From Girardia tigrina (taxonomy: Eukaryota): DNA of 64,000 nucleotides. Position 1 is the first letter of the stretch. Each line of letters begins with the position of its first letter. This document shows positions 13,835 through 27,490 of the stretch, piece after piece. The translations under genes were made by a program, and so were the position numbers. Location: NCBI GenBank assembly GCA_001938485.1, contig MQRK01234409.1, forward strand, positions 7,992-71,991, in the 5' to 3' direction. The notes beneath the pieces were generated by a model, which did not search any database, was not told where the DNA came from, and was given only the letters and a program-made list of their open reading frames with translations.

Positions 13835-16800
13835 TTCGAGAATCAGTTAAAATAAAACGACGTAAAGAAAAGAGATTCAGTCCATTTTAAATTTTTATTT
13901 CAAATATTATTCATATCGAGCTAATTACTCGTTAAAACAAATTCGTTTTTTTAATAATAATTTATACACCAAAATTAACAATTTTACTAAATCAACGATA
14001 AAACCTTTTAAAGAAATATAAATTTGATTCTGTAAGCGAAACGATACAATTAAATTTGTTTTTCGTTTAAATTGAAATAAAATAGTGTCAATTGAAATAA
14101 ATTTCGTTCTTTTGAATTATAAATAGTAAATAAAGTTAATTATTAAAATCTGTACAATATTTGTTCTCTGTCCTTTCTGTGATATTAAATTCAAGATTAC
14201 TTCGATCCACAAAAACAGAATAGGAAACGGCATTCATATACAACGAAATATACAAAAAATGAACACAAATATAACCAAAACAAATACAAACACAATTACA
14301 AGGTTTCCAAACTCTTCTGTACAACAAACAATAAAAAACAATGAGATGTGGTGGCACACAACATCAACCAATCAGAAAACAGGATAGACGTAATTGGTTG
14401 ACTATATGTATGCATTTAGTTTGCAGTTTTTTTATAGGAATTTTCGTCTATTTCGGAACAAATGGAAGATACTGTGCTAACACAACGAGTAATCGTTTAT
14501 TTTCTGTGGATGGATGGCACATCGCCAGCTAACATTACATAACTTTTATCCCATGTATTTGGTAATGCAGCCATGTGCCAAAGTATCGCCTACAAGGGGG
14601 TACAAAGATTCTAGAATGGTGAACAACTGTTGGAAAATGACGCCAGGTGCAGTCGACCAACAAATTCATGAATTATGTAAAATACAAAAGTAATCGAGTA
14701 ATTGACGCTTTCTTCTAAAAGTTAAAACGTCTGGATATAAGTGTATTTAGTTTGAATTTATTCCTTTTTAAAGGATGTATAATTTTATTTTTATTTTAGT
14801 TTTTTGTCAGTAAATTAAACCTGGTTAGTTCAAATTTTTTTTTAAAACTTATTTACTTTTAATGAATTATTTTTTAAATTTAATTTTATTAATAAATATT
14901 TAATATAAAAATGTTTTATTTTAACCGAAATTATTTTCTAATTTTTTACTACAAAATTATCTTAAAGCAGAAGAATTAATTTAAATTAGTATTTATTATT
15001 ATTTGTTTGCCACATTCTTCTTATTTTTCTTTCTGTTTCTATTATTCTCCCTCATTATCTCTCTTTCACTTCGTGAATATTTAAAAAAATAATTTTAAAG
15101 ATTAAAAAAAGGATAAAATCTTAACTTTGATTAATGTTGCTGACCAGATTTCCGTAGTGAAACGGGCTCCGTAATCTATCACTAATGAACCTTATCTTTT
15201 AATATTATAAATGATTAATTATTATTTCTACGGCAAACACTGACTGAGTTATTTTAACAAGAACATAAAATCTTTAAATTTTCTTTTATAACCAATAAAA
15301 TTATGTTATTTTTTGATAAAAACATTCGCAAGCACATTAAAGAATTTCTGTTAAAGTGTTTTTGTAGGAGTCTTCAGTAGTACGGGATCAAAATATTTTC
15401 AGTAAATGTTATTAACACTTGTTAAAGTTGATTAAAAATTATATTTCTTTATAAATAGTTAATAATTATTACGGTTATTTATTTATTATCACTTATTCAA
15501 GAAATAATTTTATGCAAAAATGATTTTATGTTCAAGAAGACCGGGTACCTCCTCATCTTCGCAGTGATTTATCTATTTCTATTAGTTCTTTATTTTCCTT
15601 TGTAATATCTCGCAATATCAGTTTGTTACTCTGTACCAGTACCATTTGAGTAGCAATGCTCTAAGCTCTCACCTCTAGATGAATGATCTAGAATGTTGGG
15701 TTTGTGGTGGTGTTCTAATGAAATTTCAGAAGAAGATATTTTTGAAATATTTATTTTCAAACAACAACAAACTTTATTTAATTAAGTAAATTTCTGAAGA
15801 ACGATTTTTTAATTTTTCTTGCACAAACCAGTAAAATCAAAATAATTGTAAATATACATATATGTAAATTTATTATTTTCAAAACTTTGTATATTGTATT
15901 TATTTTTTAAAACTGTTCTTAATTTTAAAACTATTTAAATTATAAAAGTAAACTATTTATATATTAATTTTGTTATTAATTATATATATATATATTATAA
16001 AAACTGTGTTTCAACAGAGATGTTAAAACACTGTTTTTATTACTATTCGAAAATGTTACAAAGCTAAACTGGTCTAACAACCTATCTGCAAATTATGTTA
16101 GACTAATTTAGTTATCAAACTAAACAAAATAACAGAATAATAGCAACAATAATTATATTAGTAACTATTTAACGGAAGGTATGATAAAAAGAAGATCTTA
16201 ATATTTGATCACACGAAAAAAAGAATATGAGGTAGTTTAAAAGAGAATGTCACAAAACAATCAAAAAAATACTGTCGATTACTCCAGAGTCCAGTATAGT
16301 GTAGAAACGTTTGATTGCTCGGATGATTCGTACACAAGTCACTAACAACACGTAGAGTATACTCTTATACGTTTCACCAAATGGAATAATGAGAAATCAA
16401 GTTGATATACGAGTTTGTCGAAGAGATATCGAAGAATTGTCAATTTTTTCTTTTGTCTTCTGTTGTTGCAGTTGACTTTTTATTACACGGCATTATTCAT
16501 TTACTAGTACACGGTAAATAATTAATTGTAAATTTTATCAATTCTCTTATTGATTTTATTTAAGTTAATATTTTTATATCCAACTCGGCATTGGAAGTTA
16601 TGGGAGTTCCATACGGGCAAATTATTCGAGGTCTATTTTTTTCTTTCTTCCCCCTGCTGGTCGGGGGGGTTCAGGTTCGACACGTAAAAAATAAAAAAAA
16701 TAAAACAAAAACAGAACTCACACACGACATTGATCGTCAACCGCAAATAACACACCATGCCCACAAACACCACTATACATACTTTTCCAAAATCGTAACT

Positions 16801-17124
16801 CGTTCCACACACGTGACACTGAGCTGGTAAGCAACAGACATTCTTATTGGTCGATCAGAACTCTGTGTGACTGTACATATATAATATTGTATTTCCTTTT
16901 GAATTAACATTTTATTAAACTTTGTTAAAATTTAATGGTGAGCTTATAAGATGGTAAATTTTTAAAAAAAGCATATAATATAAATTATTTAAAGAGGTTA
17001 TTATTTAAAAATGTATATAACGATTAACATAATTTATTAAAATAAATTATAATCTAATAAATAAGTAATAAGTAAAAAAATAAAACGTTATAAGATATAA
17101 CTTTTAAATATATTTTTTGGTGTT

Positions 17125-17499
17125 ATGACTTCTACGATAGCCAGCAGCTCGGAAAAACTGATGTTCAGACTCTTACCAGATAGGTATACACGGCAAGATA
17201 ACGTAGAGACATTCATAGCAGCTTGTGCGAGATACTTCAAAGTGGCCAAGATACCGGAAAAAATCCATGAGATATTGTTAATTGGTTTGCTATCACACGG
17301 ACTCGTACTAATATATGAAAGCGTAGGCCCCGAAGTGAAGGGATTTGAAGCCCGTCTACGACAAGCTTTTCAGACAAAAAGCTCTTTATTGGAGAATTTG
17401 ATAGAGGCCGAAAACATCGAGAGATCTGGAGAATCAGTGGAGGAATTCTTCGTTAAAGCAAAAAAGTTGATCGCAAAATTGATGAAATATGAGAGATGA
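17125..17499 (+). mobile_element. gag: Gypsy-type gag N-terminal fragment
   Basis: PDRYTRQDNVETFIAACARYFKVAKIPE...GESVEEFF; resembles the gag N-termini at 22579 and 48197. Confidence 0.7.
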
Positions 17500-18320
17500 T
17501 CCGCTTGATCTCCGAATTATTCCGAGAACCGGACGGAGATAGCAGGACGCAGGGATGAATATTTGGAAATGTAGTACTGAGCCCGTATTTACTCAATTTA
17601 AATTATTTCGGCATTTTTTCGTCTCAAATATAAATCGTGACTGCTCATTTAAAGATTCAGAATTGTCTTGTTGATTCTCGAGTGTTTTGTCATAAAGACA
17701 AATTCGAAGAATTTTTATCTGTGTATTTTATCGTGAATTTCTTGTTTGAATAGGAAACGCTTCTAATATCACTTCTCGAAAATCCGATTCTTGGTGTCAA
17801 GATATATGCACTAACAAGTCGCATGTTTTTTCAGGACAGAAAATGCCTCCGTTGAGAATATCTTGTCAAACCTGCAGATAGAACAGACGTTGTTTTGTCA
17901 CCTGGATCAGCTCTTCTCCAACGTTTTCACGATAATACTTAACACAGAATTGGAAGTTGAATGGAAACATTTTGCCGATATCTTGAGAAGTGTCCTTCCG
18001 GTTTAATTTAAGTCACGAGACAATGCATTTTTTGTCAACATAATGAAATTCAAACCACCATATGTCAAGTATATTTAATGTTCGAATAACATGAACAAAA
18101 CAAATACCGGTTGAATAACAGTAGATAGAAAGAGTTTCGATGTTTATCAGATGAAGATAAGATGTTTAAAATGCAATTATGCTGCATATATAACATGATT
18201 CTGTCGATCACAGAAGTGAGTTTTTCATTTATGATGACGAGAGACACATGACCGGTCAATGTCTTCAAAAACGAACAGAATATCATATCTTTTACATAAG
18301 AGGAGAATCGTAACATAAAA
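17500..18320 (+). pseudogene. Decayed HEAT-repeat host gene copy, tentatively PP4R1-like
   Basis: Colinear frameshifted pieces SPNYSENRTEIA, RVFCHKD, ETLLISLLENPIL, SRMFFQDRKC, LLQRFH and WKHFADI recall the order of motifs in the PP4 regulatory subunit 1 N-terminus (from memory, not searched). Confidence 0.33.
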
Positions 18321-18451
18321 TTCGGTGTATTATATCAAATGTATGTAGTCACTCTATTGACCAAGACGCTACTGAATCGGCGCAATACTCTGTAACAGTA
18401 AATTTTGTTTTCTTTTTCCATTCTTTTTATTAGCTTACTTTCTAGGTACAT

Positions 18452-18498
<47 letters not shown>

Positions 18499-19235
18499 TT
18501 GGAATTTAGTAACCTTTTTTTGAAGGTCTTTTACTCAATCAATTTTCTTAAAACTTTGCGCACTTACACATCTTTGATCACAATAAATGATAAGCTGAAA
18601 ACTTTTTTAGGACTAAGAATAAAAAAAAGGTTATATCTGAGTTCCTGAACGATATTAATTGAAAAGGACCTACTTATAAATCATAATTATTTTATATTAA
18701 GTAAAAAAGTAAAGATAAAAAGTATTAATAATATTAATAATATATATAAATATAAAATATTAATAATATTAATAAATGTTATAGTAAGTTTCCTTCCTAC
18801 AAAAGATAGCGAAAGAATTTACTTGACCAAATAGAGTTCTGCCAGTGTAAAGAATGGATATAATGTTTTTTAATTTACTAGTTTTTTGCTGATTATATTT
18901 GCTAAATTATTAATGAGCCTAGAAATAGTTGCAAAAATAATTTAGTAAAACTATATTTTTTAAATTCTAAGAATTAATTAAAATAATTAAATGTCTTTCA
19001 ATTTCTATTTTTCTAAAAATATATTAAAAATAGTTCGCAATTAATAAAATGTTGATAATATTATCGTTTGTCAAATGTGAATTTCTATCTAAATAATGGG
19101 AAAAGAAAACATTTAATTCTCCCTGTCAAAATTTTATTCTTTTTTCAAAATTAACTTCGTTTTATTATATATACATTGAGTTTTACGTTTTAAATATAAT
19201 TGTAGTAATATTACTAATAATAATTATAAATATAA

Positions 19236-19284
<49 letters not shown>

Positions 19285-20223
19285 ATATTCATTTTCCTAT
19301 TAATATAAAAAATGATATATAATGTATATAGCTGCTAAATAAATATCAATCAATCTATGAATGACCACAGACCATGGAAGAAAGCTTGTTTTATTTATAT
19401 CAATCCAAAAATATACTTATATATCGAAACTATATACTTAGATATGCTTTGCTGTGAATTTATAAAACTTTCAAAACTCCACAAAAACTTAATTTTTCAA
19501 ATCAATAATATAATCAATACATATTTAATATATATACAATTTAATGCTCCCAAAAATTGTTGGAAAAGTTGCAAAAAATAAAGATTCTCAAAGTAAGCAA
19601 AAAATGTAAAAAATGTTTAATTCATGTTCTGAAAATTTCATCAGGTATATTTCCTTTTCAATTCTTTAAAAGAAAACTACCAGCAATTTGGGAACAACCA
19701 GGTATTTCCCGAAAAAAAACTTCCCGAAGCAACTTAAAAATAGTGGCGGACCGATTTGCAAGCGGCATTTTGGGACATTCTCCTGTAAAAAAATGTTTTT
19801 ATTACTTTACAAGTTAAATTTTTTTGTAACTAAAACTTTTACATTTTATTTTAACCTCGAGCTTAAAATTTGATTTTCTTTTAGTGTTACTCTTAACATT
19901 CCTTTTAAGTATTACATGAATATTAATTACACAGAAACTGACAAATTTTCATTCTTGTTATTTTCATATGCTTTGACATCAACTTCAACCCTTATACTGA
20001 CCTCACAACTTTATTGTCGTAAAATTATTGTCCAAACTGGACTTCTACAACTTTATTTCTGGACTCCATGGTATTCGTGAGACATATTTACCAATATATA
20101 AAAAAATATTTATTATTTATTGAAAAGAATCATAAAAAAATCTAATTAAATTATTTTGCCAACATAAAAATTAAAAAAATAATTAATTTTTTTTGAAAAT
20201 AAAATTAGCAGAAAGGGAAATTA

Positions 20224-21491
20224 TTGGGTTGGCCAAAATGTCATTGCGATTTTTACTAAAATACTTATTATCAAAAAATGATATGGATGCACAAATATTT
20301 TTACACGATATACTGTCCATTATTTTCAATCACTTTCTTCCACCTTTCCGGTAGCTGCATTATTCCTGATTCATAAAAACATTTGCCTTTGTCAGCAAAA
20401 AAGCCGTCTGGGAACGATTTGATGTCATCATCACTGGCGAATGTTTTTCTGTTTAAGGAATTCTGCAATGATCTAAATAAGTGAAAATCCGATGGGGCCA
20501 AGTCTGGAGAATACGGTGGGTGCGGCAAAACCTCCCAACCCAGTGGTAAGAGTTTCTGGCGAGTGGTCAAACTTGTATGCGGTCTTGCGTTATCATGCTG
20601 AATTACAACTCCTTTTCGATTTGCCAATTCAGGATGTTCCTGTTGAATTGAATGAGCCAATTTCTCCAGCTGACCACAATATCTGTCTGAATTGATGGTG
20701 TCATTCCTCTGAAGGAGTTGAAAAAACACAATTCCTTTAAAATCCCACCAGACGGAAAGCATAACCTTCTTTTGATGAATTTCTGCTTTTGGGATCGTTT
20801 TGGCAGGCTTACCACGTTTTGTCCATGATCGTCGGTGTTCCACATTGTTGTAAACAATTCATTTTTCATCACCCGTAATCAAGCACTTCAAAGATGGATC
20901 ACTTTGTTCTCGCTTCAAAAGGGAATCGCAAATGTCTATACGTTTCACCAAATGAATTTCTTTCAGTTCATGTGGTAACCACATATCNNNNNNNNNNNNN
21001 NNNNNNNNNNNNNNNNNNNNNNNNNNNNNNNNNNNNNNNNNNNNNNNNNNNNNNNNNNNNNNNNNNNNNNNNNNNNNNNNNNNNNNNNNNNNNNNNNNNN
21101 NNNNNNNNNNNNNNNNNNNNNNNNNNNNNNNNNNNNNNNNNNNNNNNNNNNNNNNNNNNNNNNNNNNNNNNNNNNNNNNNNNNNNNNNNNNNNNNNNNNN
21201 NNNNNNNNNNNCATATACAAAACATATCTTCTTATGAGCTTGCACAGCGGTTTTCCCTTTGCGAAAATAATGCAACAAAACATGACGAATATGCTCATTT
21301 TGATGTTCCATTTCGAATTGACGGTAAAGTAATAAATGAAAACAAAATCAATTAATATTTTGTATAAACATAGTCTGAAAATTGAGGTTTCAGAATATAT
21401 GATTGAATTTAAATTTTATCACATCGTTTTATATTTTAGAGCTTTTTATTAGGACGTACTCAAAAACGCAATGACTTTTTGGCCAACCCAA
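20224..21491 (-). mobile_element. Full-length mariner (DD34D), mellifera-subfamily-like, inactivated
   Basis: TIRs TTGGGTTGGCCAAAATGTCATTGCG and CGCAATGACTTTTTGGCCAACCCAA with TA on both sides; length about 1.27 kb. Protein MEHQNEHIRHVLLHYFRKGK, WLPHEL, ITGDEK*, HDNARPH, YSPDLAPSDFHLF. Confidence 0.96.
20301..21311 (-). pseudogene. Mariner transposase with a premature stop after DEK; partly in a gap
   Basis: ORFs 20859-21311 and 20301-20843 are in the same frame, separated by a TGA replacing the conserved W of DEKW. Confidence 0.9.
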
Positions 21492-21831
21492 TAATATTTT
21501 ATTAGAATTATAAATAAATAAAATATTTTTTTTAGTTTTTGGGAAATTATTCTTAAAAAAACAATTTTCCCATAGTAAAGTTTCTTTACAAATGAAAATA
21601 ATTTGTAATAATACGTAATCCTATTTTTTGATGTCATTATTAAATTAGAAACAGTCTGTAAGTAAATAATGGACAGACCTATTTTTACTCAATATTGTTC
21701 AATATCAAAAAGAAATAAAAAAAATATTTTCAGATGAAATAAAACTTAATTTTATATTAAACAAGACGATTTTTCAACTAGAGTCAAAGAAAAAATTTAT
21801 TTCAATATTAAATTATTAACAGTGAAGATAA

Positions 21832-21852
21832 AATAATAATAATAATACTAAT

Positions 21853-21885
<33 letters not shown>

Positions 21886-21900
21886 TATAATAATAATAAT
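21832..21900. repeat. (TAA)n microsatellite
   Basis: Seen directly. Confidence 0.9.
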
Positions 21901-22578
21901 ATGAATAATATGAATACTTGCTTTAAATATTTTGGCCAAAGTTTAAAATTGATTTTTACAATTATACATTATAACATCTAAATTTGGTCAAAAAAGGGGA
22001 ACTCCTAAACAGAGTTGTTAACATCTCCTCTGTCATTTTTTCCAATAATGTATCATTTTCACTGTAAGTAATCATAAAAAATCATCTTCCTCTATAGGAT
22101 CTTGAATATCTGCTTTAAAATCTTTAAATATTTTGTCTATGTGAGGAACATTTGAATGTTTGATGTTTTGTGTTTGAATGTGTATGTTGATTTGGAAATG
22201 TGTCTCTCCTACCCAGATGGATGATTAATATTTTAATTCTAATTATCTAAAAATATGTATTGTTTAAATTTATTTTTAATTTCAAATAATTTTAAAATTT
22301 TAAATAAGGTAATTAATTTTTATAATATTTAATAAATAAATCAAATTAATATTTTTTAAATAATTAATAATCATTTTAATTATTATCCAATAAGTTTTGA
22401 GTAAATATTTTATTAAAATATTTATTTCCCCATTTGCTAAAAGAATAATGAGAATTAATTCATTAATCAATTTCGTTTAGAATGCAAATGTACGAAAGTT
22501 TTGACAAAGATTGTCTTAAGGACAATCAAAGTTGTTGTTTAAATAAAAATATAAATAAGTCAAATTGGTGTTCTTAAT

Positions 22579-23216
22579 ATGGCGACACACGACCACGTGA
22601 GTCCGAATATCAAAGGTCCAGAAACATTCGATGGATCGGAGACGAAAGTGGAAGCATTTATAAGGAATTTAAACAGGTATGCGAAGATCATGAGATTTTC
22701 GGAGGAAAGGAAAATCCTTTTAGTCACGCCATACATGACACGGAAGCAATAATCAAGTATGAAACAGCACCCGGTGAAACATGTGAAGAAAAACTAAAAG
22801 CAGCGTTCTCCAAAGAAAAAACCGTACTAGATATAATGAAAGAAATGTTAGATTTGAGAATTGGCTCCAGCGATGCCACAATAATATTTAGAAAGGCAGA
22901 CGAACTAATAGAGAAATTGGTAGGGCAAAAGCTATGTAAGAAAGAACTATCGAATTTAGTATACGCTAACTTGATAGATGATGATGATGTACAAAAACAA
23001 ATAGCTATTCAAGGTATCACGAAATCTGATGAGATTGAAGAAATACAAACAAGAATGTTCGAACATGAGAAAAAGAAAAGAAATTCACCAGTGGCAGCAT
23101 ATAATACAAAAAGAGCAAATGAGTGTAAAACAGTGGAAAATAAAAAGAGACCAACAAGACCGCGGAATATAAAAATTCCAGAAGATACAAGAAAAAATCG
23201 TGTTTGTGACAACTAA
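22579..23216 (+). mobile_element. gag: Gypsy gag remnant, sister family of the 43536-48630 element
   Basis: MATHDHVSPNIKGPETFDGSETKVEAFIRN..EERKILLV, then after a frameshift EKLKAAFSKEKTVLDIMKEM..KAD..KKELSNL; aligns by eye with ORF 47700-48326. It begins at TTAATA|TGGCGAC (LTR end plus PBS). Confidence 0.85.
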
Positions 23217-23906
23217 GACATTCTGAGGACATTTCAATCCGACAACGAACTATCTTTTGAAAGTGTAAAATTTTTATTCTCAATTTCATCTCCTCTCCGA
23301 AGAAGATCTTTTATTGCATTTTTGATTTTTCGTATCTCTCTTTGTTTTTAATTTCTTTATTTTATTATCATAAAATTTTAAAGTAAACTATAATCTGATT
23401 TACTCAATATTTATTGTTTAATTAAACATCTCAAGTAGTTCAGCTGACTGAATATTCAAAGTTGCTCATCAGTATTTTTGGTGCTTTACATATTAATTAT
23501 CTAATATTTAATACTTTTGATTATAAGAAAAGTTTGACAACAAATCAAATTACCTATTCTTCATTTTACCGCCTATGTTCTCGATCTATAGCTATTATAT
23601 TTTCACGACAACGATATTCCTTTTCGCTTCGCTAATTTTCCTTTAATTCAATGAGTTTTACGATTAGACTCAACTACATATCGAGATTCATTCCTCCTCA
23701 TCCTTATTTAGTCTCGTCTAGTAATGGTTAATTATTTTATAATGAAAACTACAATATAAATCTTAACTGTATTTTTTGTTTCAAAGGAAACAAAATGAGG
23801 GATATTAAAAGTATAATAATATTATTTGTGCAAAATGTGTTAATCGAATGTCTCTGTCCACGGAAAAACTAAAAAATTTGGAAGGCAAATACTTTTCAGT
23901 ATTTAA

Positions 23907-24139
23907 CCCATTTACGCCGGTCGTTTGAGGACCCTTGAAAAAATAAACATTCAGTGACTTAAGAAGAATGTTTATGAAATTTCTAAAGTTTTATCACGTC
24001 TATATAAACAAAGTAATGAGTCAATGTCCTTACTTTGCTTTAAATAAGACTGGTTGAGATATATTATAAATGTAATCTAAACTATTTTTGTATCATTTTA
24101 CATCATAACCTCTCTAGTTCCTGTTTTGGCGAAAATGGG
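23907..24139. mobile_element. piggyBac-type MITE
   Basis: TTAA|CCCATTTACGCC ... GGCGAAAATGGG|TTAA. Confidence 0.85.
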
Positions 24140-25529
24140 TTAACAAGTACGTCTCATTTTGCAAAGAAATTATTATTCATTTGCATATTTCGACCATATT
24201 GGCATCCTAATTCTAAATTCTGATGACTTTTTGAATCAAATAGTTTATATTTGGGATGCGCATCTAACTTCTACCAAATTTATGTCCCTCTGAAAGAGGA
24301 TGTGGTCGAGGAGATGAATATCCAAGAATTTTGCAAGAGTGCTTTCACAATCTTGAAATTCGATTAAATGGATGAATTATAAAATTAAGAATTAAAACTA
24401 AAACTTTTACTTAGCTCTATTTGAACATAATTTTCTTGTCTTTTTTCCAAGATATTTATTTATTTACGGGTCCGTTGCAAATTAATATCTAAAGGTAAAA
24501 AAGTTTACTATTAAAGTAAATGCATTCCATACGAAAGACAAAAACTACAAAAGCGTGAAAGCAAGGAAGAACAAAGGGGAAATTCAATAAATTAAATATT
24601 TTGTTTTAATTGTCAATCATTTTTATGTATCTATAAAAGTTTTTTTATATTAATTCTATTGCTAAAAATTTACACAAATTTTTATTGGGAAAGAAAATTA
24701 ATTTTATTATTTTTGAAAAAATACTTTTTATTCTTAAGACAACAGCAAAAGATAAATAAAATTTATTAGGAGTGCCTTTTTTCGACTGGAGTTACATCCT
24801 CCGGGCAAATGTGATTATTTCAGCTCGGAAAAAGTCTATATATTAAATTTTTGTTAATATGATTTTGAAAATATTTTTTTGAAAATACAAAAAATAGTAA
24901 ATAATGATAAGAAAAAATGTTAATTATTAATAATTATTAATTTATAAACGCGGAAATATTTTTGAGTTCTTAAAATTATTACTGTCGACTTTATAAGTTA
25001 AAGAAGCGTGATCCACCTAATAGTCTTTAAGTTTACCAAAGCTTGAGAGAGTTAAACATTTCATGGATTCTTCTCAGAAGAAAATAATTCATTAAAATAT
25101 TTAAATTCTGTTTTGTAATTTATTTAAGTCTGCTTTCCAATTATCTTTTAGAAAGTTAAGAATCGCGTTTCGGAATTTATTATGATATCACAGTTTACAT
25201 TTATTTATATTTAAATATGGCCTATTCTTGCCCCAAAGGTAGTAATCAATTTAGATTCGGACGACTTTTGTTCTTTTACTTATATGAATGATAATATGCT
25301 GATCATTTATAGCTTGCTTGCCGCTTATATCAAAAAGACATTCTCCAGGCTTTATTTTTCATCCATTTTGGGTGTCTAATACTGTCCAAACTCAATGACA
25401 ATATGCTTTTCAAGAAAAGTGTACTTTACAATCAATGAAGATCGACCGAGCATCTGTGAAAGAGTTATGAAGATCAAGTGATTTTAAAATGATACTTGTA
25501 TATATTTTGTTACAAATAAACTTAAAAAA

Positions 25530-25800
25530 GATGGCATTTTAAGAAAAGGCCATTTAAAAATATTTTTGATAACATATTTTAACAGTTTAACCGTCATTAT
25601 CAGATCACTGATTATGTTCTTTTTTATTGCTTTTAGATAAGAAATGAACGAATATGCAGTCACTTAAGTAAGTCTAATTGAAAACTAAAAAGATTAGTTG
25701 AGAGGGTTATTTGAACATGGATTTTCGGATCACATGATCTTATCAACAATGCTTCACATGGCACTGTCTCCCAATAATTTTTAAAATCGTTTAAAATTTC
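25530..25800 (-). mobile_element. Penelope-like 3' end remnant with degenerate hammerhead (25568-25606)
   Basis: Minus strand CEALLIK..PKIHVQ-like GIY-YIG C-terminus, then GAT-CTGATAA-TGACGG-TTAAA-CTGTT-AAAA-TATG-TT-ATC. Confidence 0.6.
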
Positions 25801-27379
25801 TTTTGCTGCTTTTATTTTTATAATATATTTGATAAATTTTTCTTTTGAAATTATTTGTTTGAGAAGTTGTAGTGATTTAGTAAATCACATGATAAAATTT
25901 CTAATTAAAGAATACTTATATATATTCGTAGCACGTGATGTTGAATTCACATATATTTTCGAAAATTAAATCAAAAAATATGCTACCAGAAAAACAATCG
26001 AATTTGTTTAAATCTTGTGGATTGTAAATTAAAAAATTACGTAACTTTTGAAAATTTCAATAAATAATATTTATTGATTTTATCTAACAACACAATTTTC
26101 ACTTTTGTCGACGAAAAATAAATCGAAACAAATTGGTGCAGGATGCTTGGTATTCTTTTTAACTTCATTAACGACTGAAGCACTTCACATTTTATTCCAC
26201 TTAATCAAGATGGCGGCCTGATTCTGAATGATGATGAACCATCCGAATCCAGTAATTTGATTTTTACCGTAGCTGGTCATCTCCGTTCTTTTTACCAGAG
26301 AAAGCATAGTGGTTCCAGGAATCTTCTCCAAAGTCATCGGTGTTCGTCCGCTCGTCAATTTCAGCCTCACACTAGCCCCGTTTTAGGAGTATATGTAAAG
26401 TAATTTAAAAATAAAAACTGATATTCATTGGACTCTTCCGTATAAAAAGGTCTACTTCAAGTCAATGTAAATGAGTTTGACTTGTCAGTCGCAATATGGA
26501 TTGGTTAAATCCTACTGGAACATTTTCGTTTCTCTTTGCATGATTTACATTTATTATTGATTTTTTTAAAGATACAGACATATGATCGATTACTATGTAT
26601 AATTTAATAGGTATAAATGATAAATATCTTTTAAAATGAGGGATTAATTCGATAGAAAATCTTCACAATTTAAAGTATCTAAATTGACATTTTAAAATAG
26701 AAATTATTTGAATCACTTTAATTTATTTTATGAAAAATTAATAAAAAATAACAAAAGTACTTTTAAATTTGAAATTAAATTTCTGATTAAAACAATTTTT
26801 AAATTCAAAATAATAAATATTTATCCTTTAACTTCAATTTTCTAATAAAGCATTAATCCATTATTTAATTTTCGAAATTAAAGGAAGACGTGAATGTAAA
26901 TATTGGAAGAATGTTTCACATTAAACCTTTTACGAATAAAAAGAGAAATTAATTCTTTTCTAATAATTTTTTATAAATAAGACTTTATTAGAAATAAACT
27001 ATTTAATATTAATAATCATAAAATACGTTTAAATAGACATTAAAAATAAATCACTGTTTTAGTGACCAGTTTTTTATCAAACCACTTTCCTACGTATTCC
27101 CATATTTCCGATCAATCCAACTTTGTTGTTATTTTTTGTAATCATATCACAGATAAATAAACTCATCATTTAATTTAATTTTTTTCATCATTCACAAAAT
27201 TTCTTATCATGGAAGGCAAACTACAAATGTATGTCCGAGAAATGAAAAGATATACTGAGGAAACCAACAAAATCAGTAAATCGGAATAAAACATTTCAAG
27301 TTTTTAATAACTGTCAAGAAAATCAGAGGCACTGTCCATGACCAAAATTTAGATTAACGATTTTTCGGTTTCAATATAC

Positions 27380-27490
27380 CTGCCGATTATATCAACAAAA
27401 TTTAGTCAATGTTTCAATGCATTTACATTGATAAAATTGGATTCAATCTGTTAACCAACCGCCAATTCGAATATTCAAAAAAGGCATTGA
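27380..27490 (+). mobile_element. Tc1/IS630-like transposase fragment
   Basis: CIYIDKIGFNLLTNRQFEYSKK resembles the first catalytic motif IFIDE.GFNL...R..G.S.KG. Confidence 0.5.

Noticed and set aside
16600-16690. GGTTCGA B-box-like motif suggesting a tRNA or SINE
   Set aside because: No A-box at the right spacing and no cloverleaf; an internal T-run would terminate Pol III.
19690-19783. GC-richer segment ending GCGGCATTTTGGGACATTCTCC, a possible transposon end
   Set aside because: No matching inverted partner or TSD found.
23430-23480. CTGATGAG hammerhead-like motif on the minus strand
   Set aside because: The second core and stems I/III are too degenerate and no PLE coding sequence is adjacent.
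26100-26390. Profilin- or calponin-like reading of ORF 26185-26370
   Set aside because: Similarity is too weak and other frames look equally plausible.
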